Shown here in pieces: positions 18,485-28,413 of a stretch of 64,000 nt of DNA. Source of the stretch: a bacterium (GTDB lineage Bacteria; Patescibacteriota; Doudnabacteria; UBA920); NCBI GenBank assembly GCA_016699995.1, contig CP064996.1, positions 690,963 through 754,962 of the forward strand, given 5' to 3'. Each line of letters starts with the position of its first letter. The stretch's first letter is position 1. The notes under the pieces are model-generated. The model did no database searches. It saw only the letters and a program-made list of their open reading frames with translations, and was not told the origin of the DNA. The position numbers and the translations under genes are program-made.

Positions 18485-19519
18485 CTACCAATCCAAAGTT
18501 CCGCCGGTCTTATATTCAATCACGCGAGTTTCGAAAAAGTTCTTTTCTTTGTTTAAGTCTACCGCTTCACTCATCCAAGGAAACGGATTCTCTACATTAA
18601 ATTGTGGAGGTAAACCAATACTGCTCAGACGACGGTCAGCAATATGCTCGATATACTGCCTAAAGCCATCGGCGTTCATGCCAAAAATTCCTTTCGGAAA
18701 TACTGTCTGGGCGAAAGTGTATTCCAACACTGCTGCTTCTTTAACCAAACTAATGATCTTCTCTTGGAATTCCGGAGTCCAAATTTCCGGCTGTTCCTGA
18801 CGAATAGTATTAATCAAGTAGATGCCGAAGTTTAAGTGCATAGATTCGTCGCGCATAATGTACTGAATCTGCTCGGCACTGCCAACCATCTTCTTTTGGC
18901 GTTGGAACCCGAACATTACGGCGAAGGCGCTATAGAAGAAGATTCCTTCCATGATGAGAGAGAAAACGACAATATTCTCCACAAACTTCTGATCTGCTTC
19001 CAAAGTGCCTGTTTTAAAATCTGGATTAAAGATGCCTTCGTTAAAAGTGAGTACAAAAGAAGCTTTGTTATAAATAGAATCGATCTCGCGGTACATGTTG
19101 AAGATCTTGCCTTCATCCATTCCCAAGCTCTCTACGATATATTGGTAAGCGTGAGTGTGAATGGCTTCTTCGTAAGCCTGGCGAAGCAGGTACATGCGAA
19201 TTTCCGGGGAGGTCACGTGCTTGTATGCGGCCATGACGATATTGTTAGCAGCAATGGAATCTGCGGTCGTAAAGAATCCTAGTACGGTCTCGAAGGCCTG
19301 GCGTTCGTCATCGGTGATTACTCCAGGGTTCTTCCATTGTTCGATGTCGAGCTGCATGCCGATTTCGGTAGGCAGCCAATGGTTTGCATTAGCGGCCAAG
19401 TAGGAATCCCAAGCATAAGTATGCTTCATCGGGTAAAGCTGAATTACGTCGGCATCCTTACCATTAATAACTCGGCGGTCATTGATGTTTACTCGTTTGT
19501 CTGTTTTTGTGATGGGCAT
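18485..19519 (-). CDS. nrdB: Class Ia ribonucleotide reductase small (beta, R2) subunit.
   Basis: Di-iron ligand motifs EEAIHTHAY and EGIFFYSAFA; 344 aa. Confidence 0.9.
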   Translation of the reverse strand: MPITKTDKRVNINDRRVINGKDADVIQLYPMKHTYAWDSYLAANANHWLPTEIGMQLDIEQWKNPGVITDDERQAFETVLGFFTTADSIAANNIVMAAYKHVTSPEIRMYLLRQAYEEAIHTHAYQYIVESLGMDEGKIFNMYREIDSIYNKASFVLTFNEGIFNPDFKTGTLEADQKFVENIVVFSLIMEGIFFYSAFAVMFGFQRQKKMVGSAEQIQYIMRDESMHLNFGIYLINTIRQEQPEIWTPEFQEKIISLVKEAAVLEYTFAQTVFPKGIFGMNADGFRQYIEHIADRRLSSIGLPPQFNVENPFPWMSEAVDLNKEKNFFETRVIEYKTGGTLDW

Positions 19520-19545
19520 TGTGATTCAGAAATTAATGGTAACAA

Positions 19546-22500
19546 TTATTGGCAGGATTCACAGCTTGGATCATCCAAGCGGCAAAGCTTGAAATCGGCT
19601 TGAGATAGAGACGGGCCGCTGGCGGTAGCTGGTTCGTTCTGAGTGAGGCCCAGCATCGCTCCCAAAGTTGCACTGCTTGCCTGTTCTGGCTCGACTTTGA
19701 TAGTAACAGATTCTTCTACAATTTGAGTTTCTTGCGGGGTGCTGATGCTAGATACGACTGTTTCGGTGATTACAGCGCTAGGGGCTGGTGCTGAAGCAGG
19801 CGCACTTGCGGCGAATGGGCTAGCTGCTGCCATGGCGATTTCCGGAACAGGCTGCTGCGCCGGAATAGTCTGCGGCTGTTCGCTCACTGCATCGGCTGGC
19901 GCAGAACCGCCGCGGACATGAGTATTGCCAAACTCCGAAGTATTGACTGTAGACTTCTCTACCTGAGAGGCAGCCATAGAACGCAAGTAGTAGGTCGTCT
20001 TTACACCCATATCCCAAGCGTACAAATAGATATCGTTAATATCTTTACCGGATTTGCCGGCGTAGAAAATATTTAAGGACTGGCTTTGATCGATCCATTT
20101 GCCACGATAAGCTGCGGCCTTAATGAGCCAGCGAGGATCGATTTCGAATACTTCCTTATACCTGTCTTTAAGATCCTGAGGTACATCCGGAATCTCAGTC
20201 ACGCGGCCATCGTAAAACTTAAGCTTAGATAACATTTCTTCGTTCCAAATGCCGCGGGCTTTAAAGTCTTTTACTAAGTATGGATTGACGACAACGAAAT
20301 CTCCAGAAATATTAGCCTTTACGTAGATGTTCTTGTAGATCGGTTCGATAGCAGGAATAGCCCCGGAGATGTTAGAAATGGTCGCTGTAGGCGCGATAGC
20401 CATACAGTTGGAGTTGCGCATCCCATGCTCGCGGATAGCGGCTCTTACGACGCTCCAGTCCATTTGGCCGGTGCGAGATACAGGAATTTCTGTGCCGCGT
20501 TCGGCTTCTAGCAGACCAATGGTATCTACAGGAAGAATACCCCGGTCCCACTTAGAACCACGGAAGGAAGCATAAGCGCCGCGTTCCTTGGCAAGTTCGG
20601 TGGAAGCCAGAATTGCATAATAAGCGATCACCTCTTGACTGCGGTCAGCCAGTTCTACCATGTCTTCGCTGTCGAAGTTGATGCCCATCTGGTAAAGCGC
20701 ATCGTGGAAGCCCATCACGCCCAAACCGACTGGGCGGTGCTTTAAGTTAGAATTGCGGCCTTCGATAGTCGGATAGAAGTTTAAGTCGATCACATTGTCG
20801 AGCATGCGCATAGCCACGGTGACAGTGTATTTGATCTTTTCCACATCGAGCTGGCCATTGGCTAATACATGGCGAGCCAAGTTAACAGAGCCCAGGTTGC
20901 AAACAGCAGTTTCTTCTGCGGTGGTATTTAAAGTAATTTCGGTGCAAAGGTTGGAGCTGTGAACCACGCCAGCATGATCCTGCGGACTGCGAATATTAGA
21001 AGGATCTTTAAAGGTAATCCAAGGATGGCCGGTTTCGAACAACATGATTAGCATCTTCTTCCACAAATCTTTTGCTGGCATTTGACGGAATAGATGCAAT
21101 TCGCCGTTCAAACCTTTTTGTTCGTACTGTTCGTAGCGACGCTTAAATTCTGCACCGTAAATCTCATGAAGGTCCGGTACTTCGTCCGGAGAAAACAGCG
21201 ACCACATTCCCCCGTTCTTTACGCGTTCCATGAACAAGTCTGGTACCCAGTTGGCTGTGTTCATGTCGTGAGTGCGGCGGCGCTCGTCGCCGGTATTTTT
21301 GCGAAGCTCTAAGAAATCTTCAATGTCCCAGTGCCAGGTTTCGAGATAAGCACAGGTTGCGCCGCGGCGGCGGCCGCTGCGGTTGATGGCAATGGTAGTA
21401 TCATTAGCGATCTTTAAGAAAGGAATTACACCCTGGCTTTCTACACCAGTCTTCTTAATGTAAGCGCCGGTGCCGCGGAGCTTGCTCCAGTCGTTGGCTA
21501 CGCCGCCTGCCCACTTAGACATCTGGGCGTTATCGCCGATAGACTTAAAGATGTTATCTAAATCGTCTTCGATTGTAGTTAGATAGCAAGAAGAAAGCTG
21601 GGGATGAACAGTACCGGCATGGAATAAAGTCGGCGAAGACGGCACAAAGTGCAAAGTCGAATTAATTCGGTAGAATTCTACGGCGCGGGCTTCTTTGTCT
21701 TTTTCGTTCAAAGCTACGCCCATAGCTACGCGCATCCAGAACATCTGGGGAGTTTCCAAAATCTGCTTGGTTTCTGGGTGCTTGGTAAAATAGCGGTCGG
21801 TTAGAGTTTGAATACCCAAATAGTTAAGAAACCCGTCGCGTTCGTTAACTAATTCGGAAGCCAGATACTCCAAATTAAAAGTAAGCATTTTTGGATCCAA
21901 GCGGCCTAAAGAAACGCCATCCTGGATTCGCTGGATAAAAATCTGGCGCAGCTGGGCTTCTAAAGCTTTCGGCTCAAAATCAATCTGATCGGCACCGATA
22001 ACTTCCTTATAAAGCTTATTAGTCAGTGCGCGCGCGGCAACATAAGAATAAGCGGGGTCCTTTTCAATGTAAGAGCGGAGCACCATGATCAGAGCGCGCT
22101 CGATCTCGGCAGTGGTAATGTCTTCGTACAGCTCTAAACGCAACTGGTTCATGACCATATTAACGTCGATGTCGCCTGCGTATTCGCCCAAAATCTTTTC
22201 CAGGCTAGCCTGGACCTTTTGCAAAGAAAAAGGCTCCTTCACGCCATTGCGCTTAATAACCATCAAACCGGCTTTGTCGATTTTCTCCAAAACTGCCTGC
22301 TTGGCAACTTCGCGTTCTTTGGTGTGCTCGTAGCGGTAAATGATGTAAGCCTTGGCTACTTCGAACAAACCCTGTTCCATTAGTTTGCGCTCTACAGAAT
22401 TCTGAACGTCTTCTACGCCAGGAGTGCGATCGGTAAAATTCTGCTCTAGATCTTCAATTACTTTCTCGGTGACATCTCGGGCCAAAACCTGGTCGGCTTT

Positions 22501-22656
22501 AAAATTAACTTCAACGTAAGCCTTGTTAATGGCGATTTCAATTTTCGCGACATCAAAAGGGACGATTTCGCCGCTGCGCTTTTTAATTTGAATGAGTTTG
22601 TTTGATGGGTTCATGATTATTGGTTTGTTTTTAAATAAATAATAGTTTTTTGCCAA
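19546..22656 (-). CDS. nrdA: Class Ia ribonucleotide reductase large (alpha, R1) subunit with an N-terminal ATP cone and an extended low-complexity C-terminal tail.
   Basis: ATP cone IQIKKRSGEIVPFDVAKI; active-site regions NLCTEI and SNCMAIAPTA. The last ~150 aa are Ala/Pro/Ser-rich (APASAPAPS...) and end in C..C...CESCQ. Confidence 0.9.
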   Translation of the reverse strand: MAKNYYLFKNKPIIMNPSNKLIQIKKRSGEIVPFDVAKIEIAINKAYVEVNFKADQVLARDVTEKVIEDLEQNFTDRTPGVEDVQNSVERKLMEQGLFEVAKAYIIYRYEHTKEREVAKQAVLEKIDKAGLMVIKRNGVKEPFSLQKVQASLEKILGEYAGDIDVNMVMNQLRLELYEDITTAEIERALIMVLRSYIEKDPAYSYVAARALTNKLYKEVIGADQIDFEPKALEAQLRQIFIQRIQDGVSLGRLDPKMLTFNLEYLASELVNERDGFLNYLGIQTLTDRYFTKHPETKQILETPQMFWMRVAMGVALNEKDKEARAVEFYRINSTLHFVPSSPTLFHAGTVHPQLSSCYLTTIEDDLDNIFKSIGDNAQMSKWAGGVANDWSKLRGTGAYIKKTGVESQGVIPFLKIANDTTIAINRSGRRRGATCAYLETWHWDIEDFLELRKNTGDERRRTHDMNTANWVPDLFMERVKNGGMWSLFSPDEVPDLHEIYGAEFKRRYEQYEQKGLNGELHLFRQMPAKDLWKKMLIMLFETGHPWITFKDPSNIRSPQDHAGVVHSSNLCTEITLNTTAEETAVCNLGSVNLARHVLANGQLDVEKIKYTVTVAMRMLDNVIDLNFYPTIEGRNSNLKHRPVGLGVMGFHDALYQMGINFDSEDMVELADRSQEVIAYYAILASTELAKERGAYASFRGSKWDRGILPVDTIGLLEAERGTEIPVSRTGQMDWSVVRAAIREHGMRNSNCMAIAPTATISNISGAIPAIEPIYKNIYVKANISGDFVVVNPYLVKDFKARGIWNEEMLSKLKFYDGRVTEIPDVPQDLKDRYKEVFEIDPRWLIKAAAYRGKWIDQSQSLNIFYAGKSGKDINDIYLYAWDMGVKTTYYLRSMAASQVEKSTVNTSEFGNTHVRGGSAPADAVSEQPQTIPAQQPVPEIAMAAASPFAASAPASAPAPSAVITETVVSSISTPQETQIVEESVTIKVEPEQASSATLGAMLGLTQNEPATASGPSLSQADFKLCRLDDPSCESCQ

Positions 22657-22683
22657 GCTTCTGCTGTGGCGCTCTGTAATTGC

Positions 22684-23130
22684 TTAAAGCTTCAATATGG
22701 CTTCTTTGAATTCTTGAATGTCTTCGAATTGCCTGTAGACGCTGGCGAAGCGGATATAAGCAACTTTATCGACTTTGCGGATAACCTTCATGATAATCTC
22801 TCCGATCTGCTCGCTGGAAATTTCTCCGCCCGAAGCTTTCTTTTGAATCTCCTGTTCGATTTCGGAAATTACTTTGCGAAAAGTGTAATCCGTTAGGCTG
22901 CGCTTTTCGAAGGCTCGCCTGAGACCTCTCTGCAGCTTGTCGCGCACATAAGGCTGGCAAGAACCGTCGCGCTTTTTGACTGATAAATCGAGAATTTCGA
23001 TCTGCTCGTAAGTGGAGAAACGGAAATTGCATTTCTCACACTCGCGGCGGCGGCGAATGGATCCCGCGTCTTCTACAGGTCGCGAATCTACCACCTTAGT
23101 GTCCTGATTTAAGCATTTTGGGCAATGCAT
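22684..23130 (-). CDS. nrdR: Transcriptional repressor NrdR (zinc ribbon plus ATP cone).
   Basis: MHCPKCLNQDTKVVDSR...CEKCNFRFSTYE. It sits 27 nt upstream of nrdA. Confidence 0.9.
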   Translation of the reverse strand: MHCPKCLNQDTKVVDSRPVEDAGSIRRRRECEKCNFRFSTYEQIEILDLSVKKRDGSCQPYVRDKLQRGLRRAFEKRSLTDYTFRKVISEIEQEIQKKASGGEISSEQIGEIIMKVIRKVDKVAYIRFASVYRQFEDIQEFKEAILKL

Positions 23131-23154
23131 TGAGTTTCTTTAGAAAATAAGAGG

Positions 23155-23203
23155 CACAAAATGTTGTGTACCTACATAAATTATACCCCTAGATGTTGTG
23201 TTA
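23155..23203 (-). promoter_or_regulatory. Putative tandem NrdR boxes overlapping the nrdR promoter (-10 TATAAT on the minus strand at 23180-23185).
   Basis: Minus-strand acacaacattttgtg (23155-23169) matches 13 of 16 positions of the acaCwAtATaTwGtgt consensus as I recall it. A second acacaacatctagg lies 31 bp upstream. The 9-mer atgttgtgt repeats at 23161 and 23192. Confidence 0.45.
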
Positions 23204-23360
23204 ACCCAAATTCTGAGAATTTGGCACACTTGAGGTACTTTTTATTTTTGGTCGATCGTTTGCGGGTAGTTATCCACATTAAAAAGAAAATTCCCATTCG
23301 GGAATTTATCTAAACCTTACTTTAGTTAACAAATCTTGGGGCCGACCCCGGGAACCGTTT

Positions 23361-24365
23361 TTAGTTCACACAGGAAATTTTTTGACCCTTTCTAAACTGC
23401 CCAATTATCTCGAAAGTTCTAGCCAAAATCCTCTCCGTAGCCTCCTTAGTCGCGTGAGCGGTATGGGGAGTTAAAAGTACATTTGGCATTTTTACTAGCT
23501 TTTTCTGAAGAGCCCAAATTTGCCTAGAGTCGGCCATAGAACCAGAGTTAGATCCCGAAAGAGCATGAAGCACCGAAGGTTTGGCCTCGAGCTCTAATAC
23601 GTCGCTTACAAAGCCCCCTAAACGCCCGGATTCCAAAGCCTTTACAACTGCCGACGTGTCCACTACTGCTCCCCGGGAAGTATTGACCAGCAGCAGGCCA
23701 GCCTTGGCCTTGGCCAAGAATTTGCCATTTACCATCTTAATAGTAGATTTTAAAGCTGGTACATGAAGGCTAATGATATCACTTGAGCTAACCAGCTTAT
23801 CTAGGCTTACATAGCGCAACACGCCACGTTTGACTAAGTCCTGATTCTTTCTTTCGTCATAACCCAACACCTTCATCCCAAAACCGCTAGCTATAGCAGC
23901 AACATGAGCCCCAATGCTGCCTGTGCCAATAATGCCTATAGTTTTGCCATACAGCTCTCGGCCATTATAAGTTTCGAACCCAAATTTCAAATCTCTGCCC
24001 TTTTTGAAAGCGGCGGGGAAATTGCGGAAGTTATTCATAATCAGGCCAAACACATACTCGGCAACGGAGATAGCATTTTGACCGGCGCAATTCGCCACCA
24101 TAACACCTGCGCTAGTAGCTGCTTTTAGATCAATATGATCAAACCCCGCCGTGCGGGTGATAATTAGCTTTAAGTTAGGCAGGCGCTTTATAGTATCGGC
24201 TGTTACCTTAGAATCCACATGAACCGACAGCACTTCGGTATGAGCGCTGGGAAAATTGTTACGGCTCAGACTACTGCTATGAATCTCTACCTCCAATTTT
24301 TTTACGTATTTAGAAATCAGCGCGCGTTCATCTTTGGAAACATCGTAAAACACAATCTTATGCAT
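23361..24365 (-). CDS. D-isomer-specific 2-hydroxyacid dehydrogenase (glycerate / hydroxypyruvate / D-lactate dehydrogenase-like).
   Basis: NAD-binding GIIGTGSIGAHVA and the catalytic R/E/H region of D-2-hydroxyacid dehydrogenases. A hairpin plus T-run terminator lies just downstream (23287-23310 on the minus strand). Confidence 0.8.
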   Translation of the reverse strand: MHKIVFYDVSKDERALISKYVKKLEVEIHSSSLSRNNFPSAHTEVLSVHVDSKVTADTIKRLPNLKLIITRTAGFDHIDLKAATSAGVMVANCAGQNAISVAEYVFGLIMNNFRNFPAAFKKGRDLKFGFETYNGRELYGKTIGIIGTGSIGAHVAAIASGFGMKVLGYDERKNQDLVKRGVLRYVSLDKLVSSSDIISLHVPALKSTIKMVNGKFLAKAKAGLLLVNTSRGAVVDTSAVVKALESGRLGGFVSDVLELEAKPSVLHALSGSNSGSMADSRQIWALQKKLVKMPNVLLTPHTAHATKEATERILARTFEIIGQFRKGQKISCVN

Positions 24366-24374
24366 AGGAGTGAA

Positions 24375-25679
24375 TTAATATTTTAGGCAAACTACTAAAT
24401 CAGAGACGTTAGAACCGGTAATACCGGTGAGGATTGATGCGTTGATATCCGAAAGCACCGTGTACTCGTCATGGCGGTTCAAATGATCCTGCAAATCTAT
24501 GCGAAGCCGCTTAGCCATTTCCAGATTATTCCTATCAACCAAGCCGCCGGCCACATCGCTGTTATCACGGCCGTCGGAAGCTAAAGATGCAAACACCGTA
24601 TCCTCTTTCATGGCCAGAAGAGCAGCCAGCGCCATTTCTTGATTTCGGCCGCCGCTGCCGGTCACAGAAGGTTTGCCGGAGCTATGCTTTTGCAGAGTTA
24701 CCACGCTTTCGCCGCCGGCGATAAGGCATTCCCCCCGCTTTACAGAATTGACTATCTGAGAAGCCAGCTCGCTCGCTTCGCCAGTAAATTCCGTGCTCCA
24801 TATCTTCGGCCTCAGGCCCAAATCTGCAGCCTTGTCTGCCATCGCTTGCAACGCTACTTTATTGCTACAAAAAAGAATATTGTTAACCTTCTCAAAATAT
24901 TTCTTATCCTTAGGAGTTTCTACCAAACCGCAAGAATCCATTTTACACCTATCGAGTATCTGATACTTGTTAAGGATATCCATTGCATCAGAGACTGTCG
25001 TTTGGTCATACACCGTAGGACCGCTAGCAACAAGGGATTTATCGTCTCCAGGAACATCGCTGAATATAAGACTGATGACCGTAGCAGGATAAGCTATCTC
25101 AGCTAGGCCCCCACCCTTTACCCGACTCATGTGCTTGCGTACGATGTTCGTCTCCTTAATGCTGGCTCCAGCTTCGGTGAGTGCTGTAAAAATCTTGCGT
25201 TCTTCGTCTAAAGTCACGCTTTCCGGGCTGCACAGCAAACTGCTCCCGCCGCCGCCTATTATAGCAATCACTAAATCCCGCTCCGTCACATTATTGAGCA
25301 TAGTAATAATTTCTTCGGTAGCAGAAACATTGGCGCTACTAGGGAGCGGATGAGTGCCGATCCGGCTGACAATTTTGCTAAGATTAGCCTCTACTATATC
25401 GATTATTACTCCGCCGTTGATCCGGCTCAACATCTGCTGCTCTATTTGCTCCGCAACCGGACCTGCTAGTTTGCCCGCCCCGACAACGACAACTCTGTTG
25501 AAAGGCTTTAAGCTGATTGGCCGCCTGTTGATATACAGGGCATCTTCCTTGGGGTGGTATGCAAAATTAGCCTTCATCAAATTTACAGGATGGATTGCGT
25601 TCAATCCTGCTTCTAAAATGCGCAAAACCTGCTTGCGCTCGGTAGAAGTAGCCAATTGGGTAAAATTATCGAAGACCAT
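24375..25679 (-). CDS. Glycerate 2-kinase (MOFRL family, GckA/TtuD-like).
   Basis: N-terminal DUF4147-like region with VVVGAGKLAG...IAIIGGGGSSLL, and a C-terminal MOFRL-like region. Sits 9 nt upstream of the dehydrogenase. Confidence 0.7.
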   Translation of the reverse strand: MVFDNFTQLATSTERKQVLRILEAGLNAIHPVNLMKANFAYHPKEDALYINRRPISLKPFNRVVVVGAGKLAGPVAEQIEQQMLSRINGGVIIDIVEANLSKIVSRIGTHPLPSSANVSATEEIITMLNNVTERDLVIAIIGGGGSSLLCSPESVTLDEERKIFTALTEAGASIKETNIVRKHMSRVKGGGLAEIAYPATVISLIFSDVPGDDKSLVASGPTVYDQTTVSDAMDILNKYQILDRCKMDSCGLVETPKDKKYFEKVNNILFCSNKVALQAMADKAADLGLRPKIWSTEFTGEASELASQIVNSVKRGECLIAGGESVVTLQKHSSGKPSVTGSGGRNQEMALAALLAMKEDTVFASLASDGRDNSDVAGGLVDRNNLEMAKRLRIDLQDHLNRHDEYTVLSDINASILTGITGSNVSDLVVCLKY

Positions 25680-25687
25680 ACAATACC

Positions 25688-25996
25688 TTATTTTTTAGGA
25701 GTATTTTTGAATTTATCTGTCTGGCTCTTATGGTACAAAGATGAAGCTGCAACGAAAGCTATTACTAAAAGCACAGCGGCCCCCAACCAATACCATGTGG
25801 TAGTTGGTATGCTCTTTGACTCTTCGAATTGAGGAACACTCTGGATTTGCTCATCTAAAATAACTCGATTGCCGCGAGCGCTTTCCGGGCGGTCATCCGA
25901 AGCCGCCGGTTGCAATACCGACTGAGACTGGTCCGAAGACTGGTCTGTACTGCCTGGATCGCCAGGGGTGATAGTTTGTATTTGGGCGATTTTCAT
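25688..25996 (-). CDS. Small membrane protein (102 aa).
   Basis: C-terminal TM helix WYWLGAAVLLVIAFVAASSL; 8 nt upstream of the glycerate kinase gene. Confidence 0.45.
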   Translation of the reverse strand: MKIAQIQTITPGDPGSTDQSSDQSQSVLQPAASDDRPESARGNRVILDEQIQSVPQFEESKSIPTTTWYWLGAAVLLVIAFVAASSLYHKSQTDKFKNTPKK

Positions 25997-26028
25997 ATAT
26001 TTAAATTATTTAAGATTAAAATTATTTA

Positions 26029-27837
26029 TTATTCCACGATAATATAAGTACCGGCAACTTTAGCCCAGCTCCCCCCAGGACCGCTGTTAAAGCTTTCGCT
26101 AATCAAGCCGCTATCGTAAGTAAGGCTCGCACCGCCATCCATAGTAATCTGCTTGCCAGTGACTGCCTTAAGCGAACTTCCCCCATTAATGCGCACATTA
26201 CCGTTTTGCGCCACGATCGCTACAGCACCCGCACCTCCAGACAGATAGATGGCATCATTACTCCCGCAACCAGGAGCTACAGGGCACGCACTAGTTGTAA
26301 TAAGAAAGGGGTAGCTTCCTGCCGTACCTGACCCGGCAAAGTTAGACCCTCCAGCGACGTTGATCCACCCGTCAGAAACAATTGCGCCACTATTACTGCC
26401 ATACGATGAATCTAAGCGGACCGTACCGCCGCCGCCGGTTGTAATATTTCCTGTTACCCACAGAGTACCTGTTACAGTTAATGTACCGCCGCCGCCGACC
26501 GTCAAGTTGCCGTTAATCTTTTTTGGCCCGATCGTGGCGCCTTGCCACCCTACGTTATAGTCTCCATTATGAACGCCGCCGGATTCCGCGTCTTCCTTCC
26601 AGTTCTCTATGTTGCCATCGGACAACGGCATTGGCTGAGGGGTTGGGTCCGGCCTGCTAGTATTACAGGCTTTATTAGTATAGCTGGAAGTTTGACAGTA
26701 CAGAGGACCAGAAACAGTAGCCCCCATCACATTATTAGCCCAAGCCAAGTCGGTACCAGTCGTTCCAACATACACTCCAGTATTATAAGTATTACCGCCG
26801 ATCATGGAGGTGCCGCCACCTAGATAAATTTGGAAGTAGCCGTCTAATCCGGAGGGGGATGTGTTAGCCCAGGTACCCGCAGATTGTCGGCCAATTTTAG
26901 CAGTACCATTAGCATAGCTAGTATTGGCGCCAATGATGTAGTAATTAGAGGCATTGGAAGAACCATCGAGAACTATCCAATATGTCTGAGAAGGCTCTAA
27001 AATTGGGGTGGGCGGCATAGTTACATTTACCCATCCAAAGTTAGTGGTAACACTGGCAGCGGATAAAGTAGCGGACATCAAAGTAGTACTGCTCGGACTT
27101 CCTGAGTTGTCTGTGACAATGCGAAGAGTTGAATTTGAAGGCGAACCATTTTTTCGTATATATAGAGAAATATAATTCATTCTTTCCGAGTCAGAAACCC
27201 TAAAGCTCTGCGCAAAATCTTCCGTCGCGGTTGCATTTCCATATGTTATGCAAGTAGAGCTCGAACAGCTGGAAATCGGCGTCGGACTGTTATTAGACTG
27301 ATCAGCAAAAGTTGCCGGGGGGTTGGCGGCCGATGCGCTGCCCGTAATGCGAACGCCGGTTGTGGCATTAATAGTACCGTTCGAATAAACATTACCGTTG
27401 ATTGTCGCGCCGCCGGTCATCACAAAACCACCAGAGCCAGCCTGAACACCATAATTAAAGGAGATAACTGTAGAGTCGATCCCAACGCGAACTTTTACTG
27501 TGATCTGTGAAGTCGGATTAGTGCTATTTGGAATATATGCAGTGGAGGTAACTTGCTTATTAGTCGCATCAATATTTGTCACAGTAGTCGTGTAAGTCCC
27601 TTCGCCTATAGCCACGTTGCTTTCCCCCACGAAAGAAGTATTTTGATTCAGCTCATACACCGCCTTATCCAAACCAGCCTCTGCCATATGCAGCAGCTGG
27701 GTATTGGATACTGCCTGCTTGCTGGATTTAATCTGCACAGTAGTATAACCCCAAACTACTCCCGACATGGTCATAAGCACGGCCATAATGACCAGGCCGA
27801 CAAGCATTACATATCCTTGTTGTTGTGTTTTTTCCAT
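26029..27837 (-). CDS. PilX-like type IV pilus-associated protein (602 aa; N-terminal TM helix and a Gly/Thr/Ser-rich probable beta-helical body).
   Basis: MLVGLVIMAVLMTMSGVVWGY...QLLHMAEAGLDKAVYEL fits the PilX_N (PF14341-like) pattern. It lies downstream of the two prepilin genes. Confidence 0.55.
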   Translation of the reverse strand: MEKTQQQGYVMLVGLVIMAVLMTMSGVVWGYTTVQIKSSKQAVSNTQLLHMAEAGLDKAVYELNQNTSFVGESNVAIGEGTYTTTVTNIDATNKQVTSTAYIPNSTNPTSQITVKVRVGIDSTVISFNYGVQAGSGGFVMTGGATINGNVYSNGTINATTGVRITGSASAANPPATFADQSNNSPTPISSCSSSTCITYGNATATEDFAQSFRVSDSERMNYISLYIRKNGSPSNSTLRIVTDNSGSPSSTTLMSATLSAASVTTNFGWVNVTMPPTPILEPSQTYWIVLDGSSNASNYYIIGANTSYANGTAKIGRQSAGTWANTSPSGLDGYFQIYLGGGTSMIGGNTYNTGVYVGTTGTDLAWANNVMGATVSGPLYCQTSSYTNKACNTSRPDPTPQPMPLSDGNIENWKEDAESGGVHNGDYNVGWQGATIGPKKINGNLTVGGGGTLTVTGTLWVTGNITTGGGGTVRLDSSYGSNSGAIVSDGWINVAGGSNFAGSGTAGSYPFLITTSACPVAPGCGSNDAIYLSGGAGAVAIVAQNGNVRINGGSSLKAVTGKQITMDGGASLTYDSGLISESFNSGPGGSWAKVAGTYIIVE

Positions 27838-27838
27838 A

Positions 27839-28413
27839 TTAACGGTTTCTTAAGAATATAGTATCTGTAGCGCGAGCAGTAGCTGCACTAGTATTACGGG
27901 TAGTTACTCTGGTCTGCAGATCTATAGTCACTGCGGTGGCTGCAGTTACATCGCCATTATTATAAGTTAGGGCAAAAGTTTGAACGTTCTCCGCAAGACG
28001 TTTTGATCCCGGAATGCGAACGCTGCCGCTACCGGCCTCCGTGACCTGATTAACAGAACCACTGGTTAAACAAAAAGCCATATAATCAAAAATTCCGCTT
28101 AGCAAGTTTCCGCTGCCATCCAGGCCTGGAATCTTTACCACAACACAATCGTTGTCAGTGCTATAAGATGTGCCGGCAATCGTGCGTGGAAGTTTTCTAT
28201 ATTACTGGCCTGGGCCACATACTTACTCATATTATTCATCGTGCTGCGTACAGAACTTGTAGCGCGCACATCTGCTTGCTCTAGTATGAATATCTTCTGA
28301 TGCCAGTCAAACAAGCTTAACAGAGCTACCAGAATAATAGCGAACAGCGCTATCACTATCACCACTTCCATTATAGTAAAACCTTGTTGCTGGCTCGTAC
28401 CTTTATGATTCAT
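27839..28413 (-). pseudogene. Prepilin-type (class III signal) protein split into two ORFs by a frameshift near 28196-28210.
   Basis: The 28135..28413 ORF starts MNHKGTSQQQGFTIMEVVIVIALFAIIL, with the G/FTxxE cleavage motif. The 27839..28141 ORF starts with GTG and its frame stays open upstream as YRKLPRTIAGTSYSTDNDCVVVKIPG..., so the two are one ~190-aa pilin. Confidence 0.55.

Noticed and set aside
24639-25698. Plus-strand ORFs 24639..25106, 25129..25353 and 25354..25698.
   Set aside because: They are antisense to the glycerate kinase gene, which has clear family motifs.
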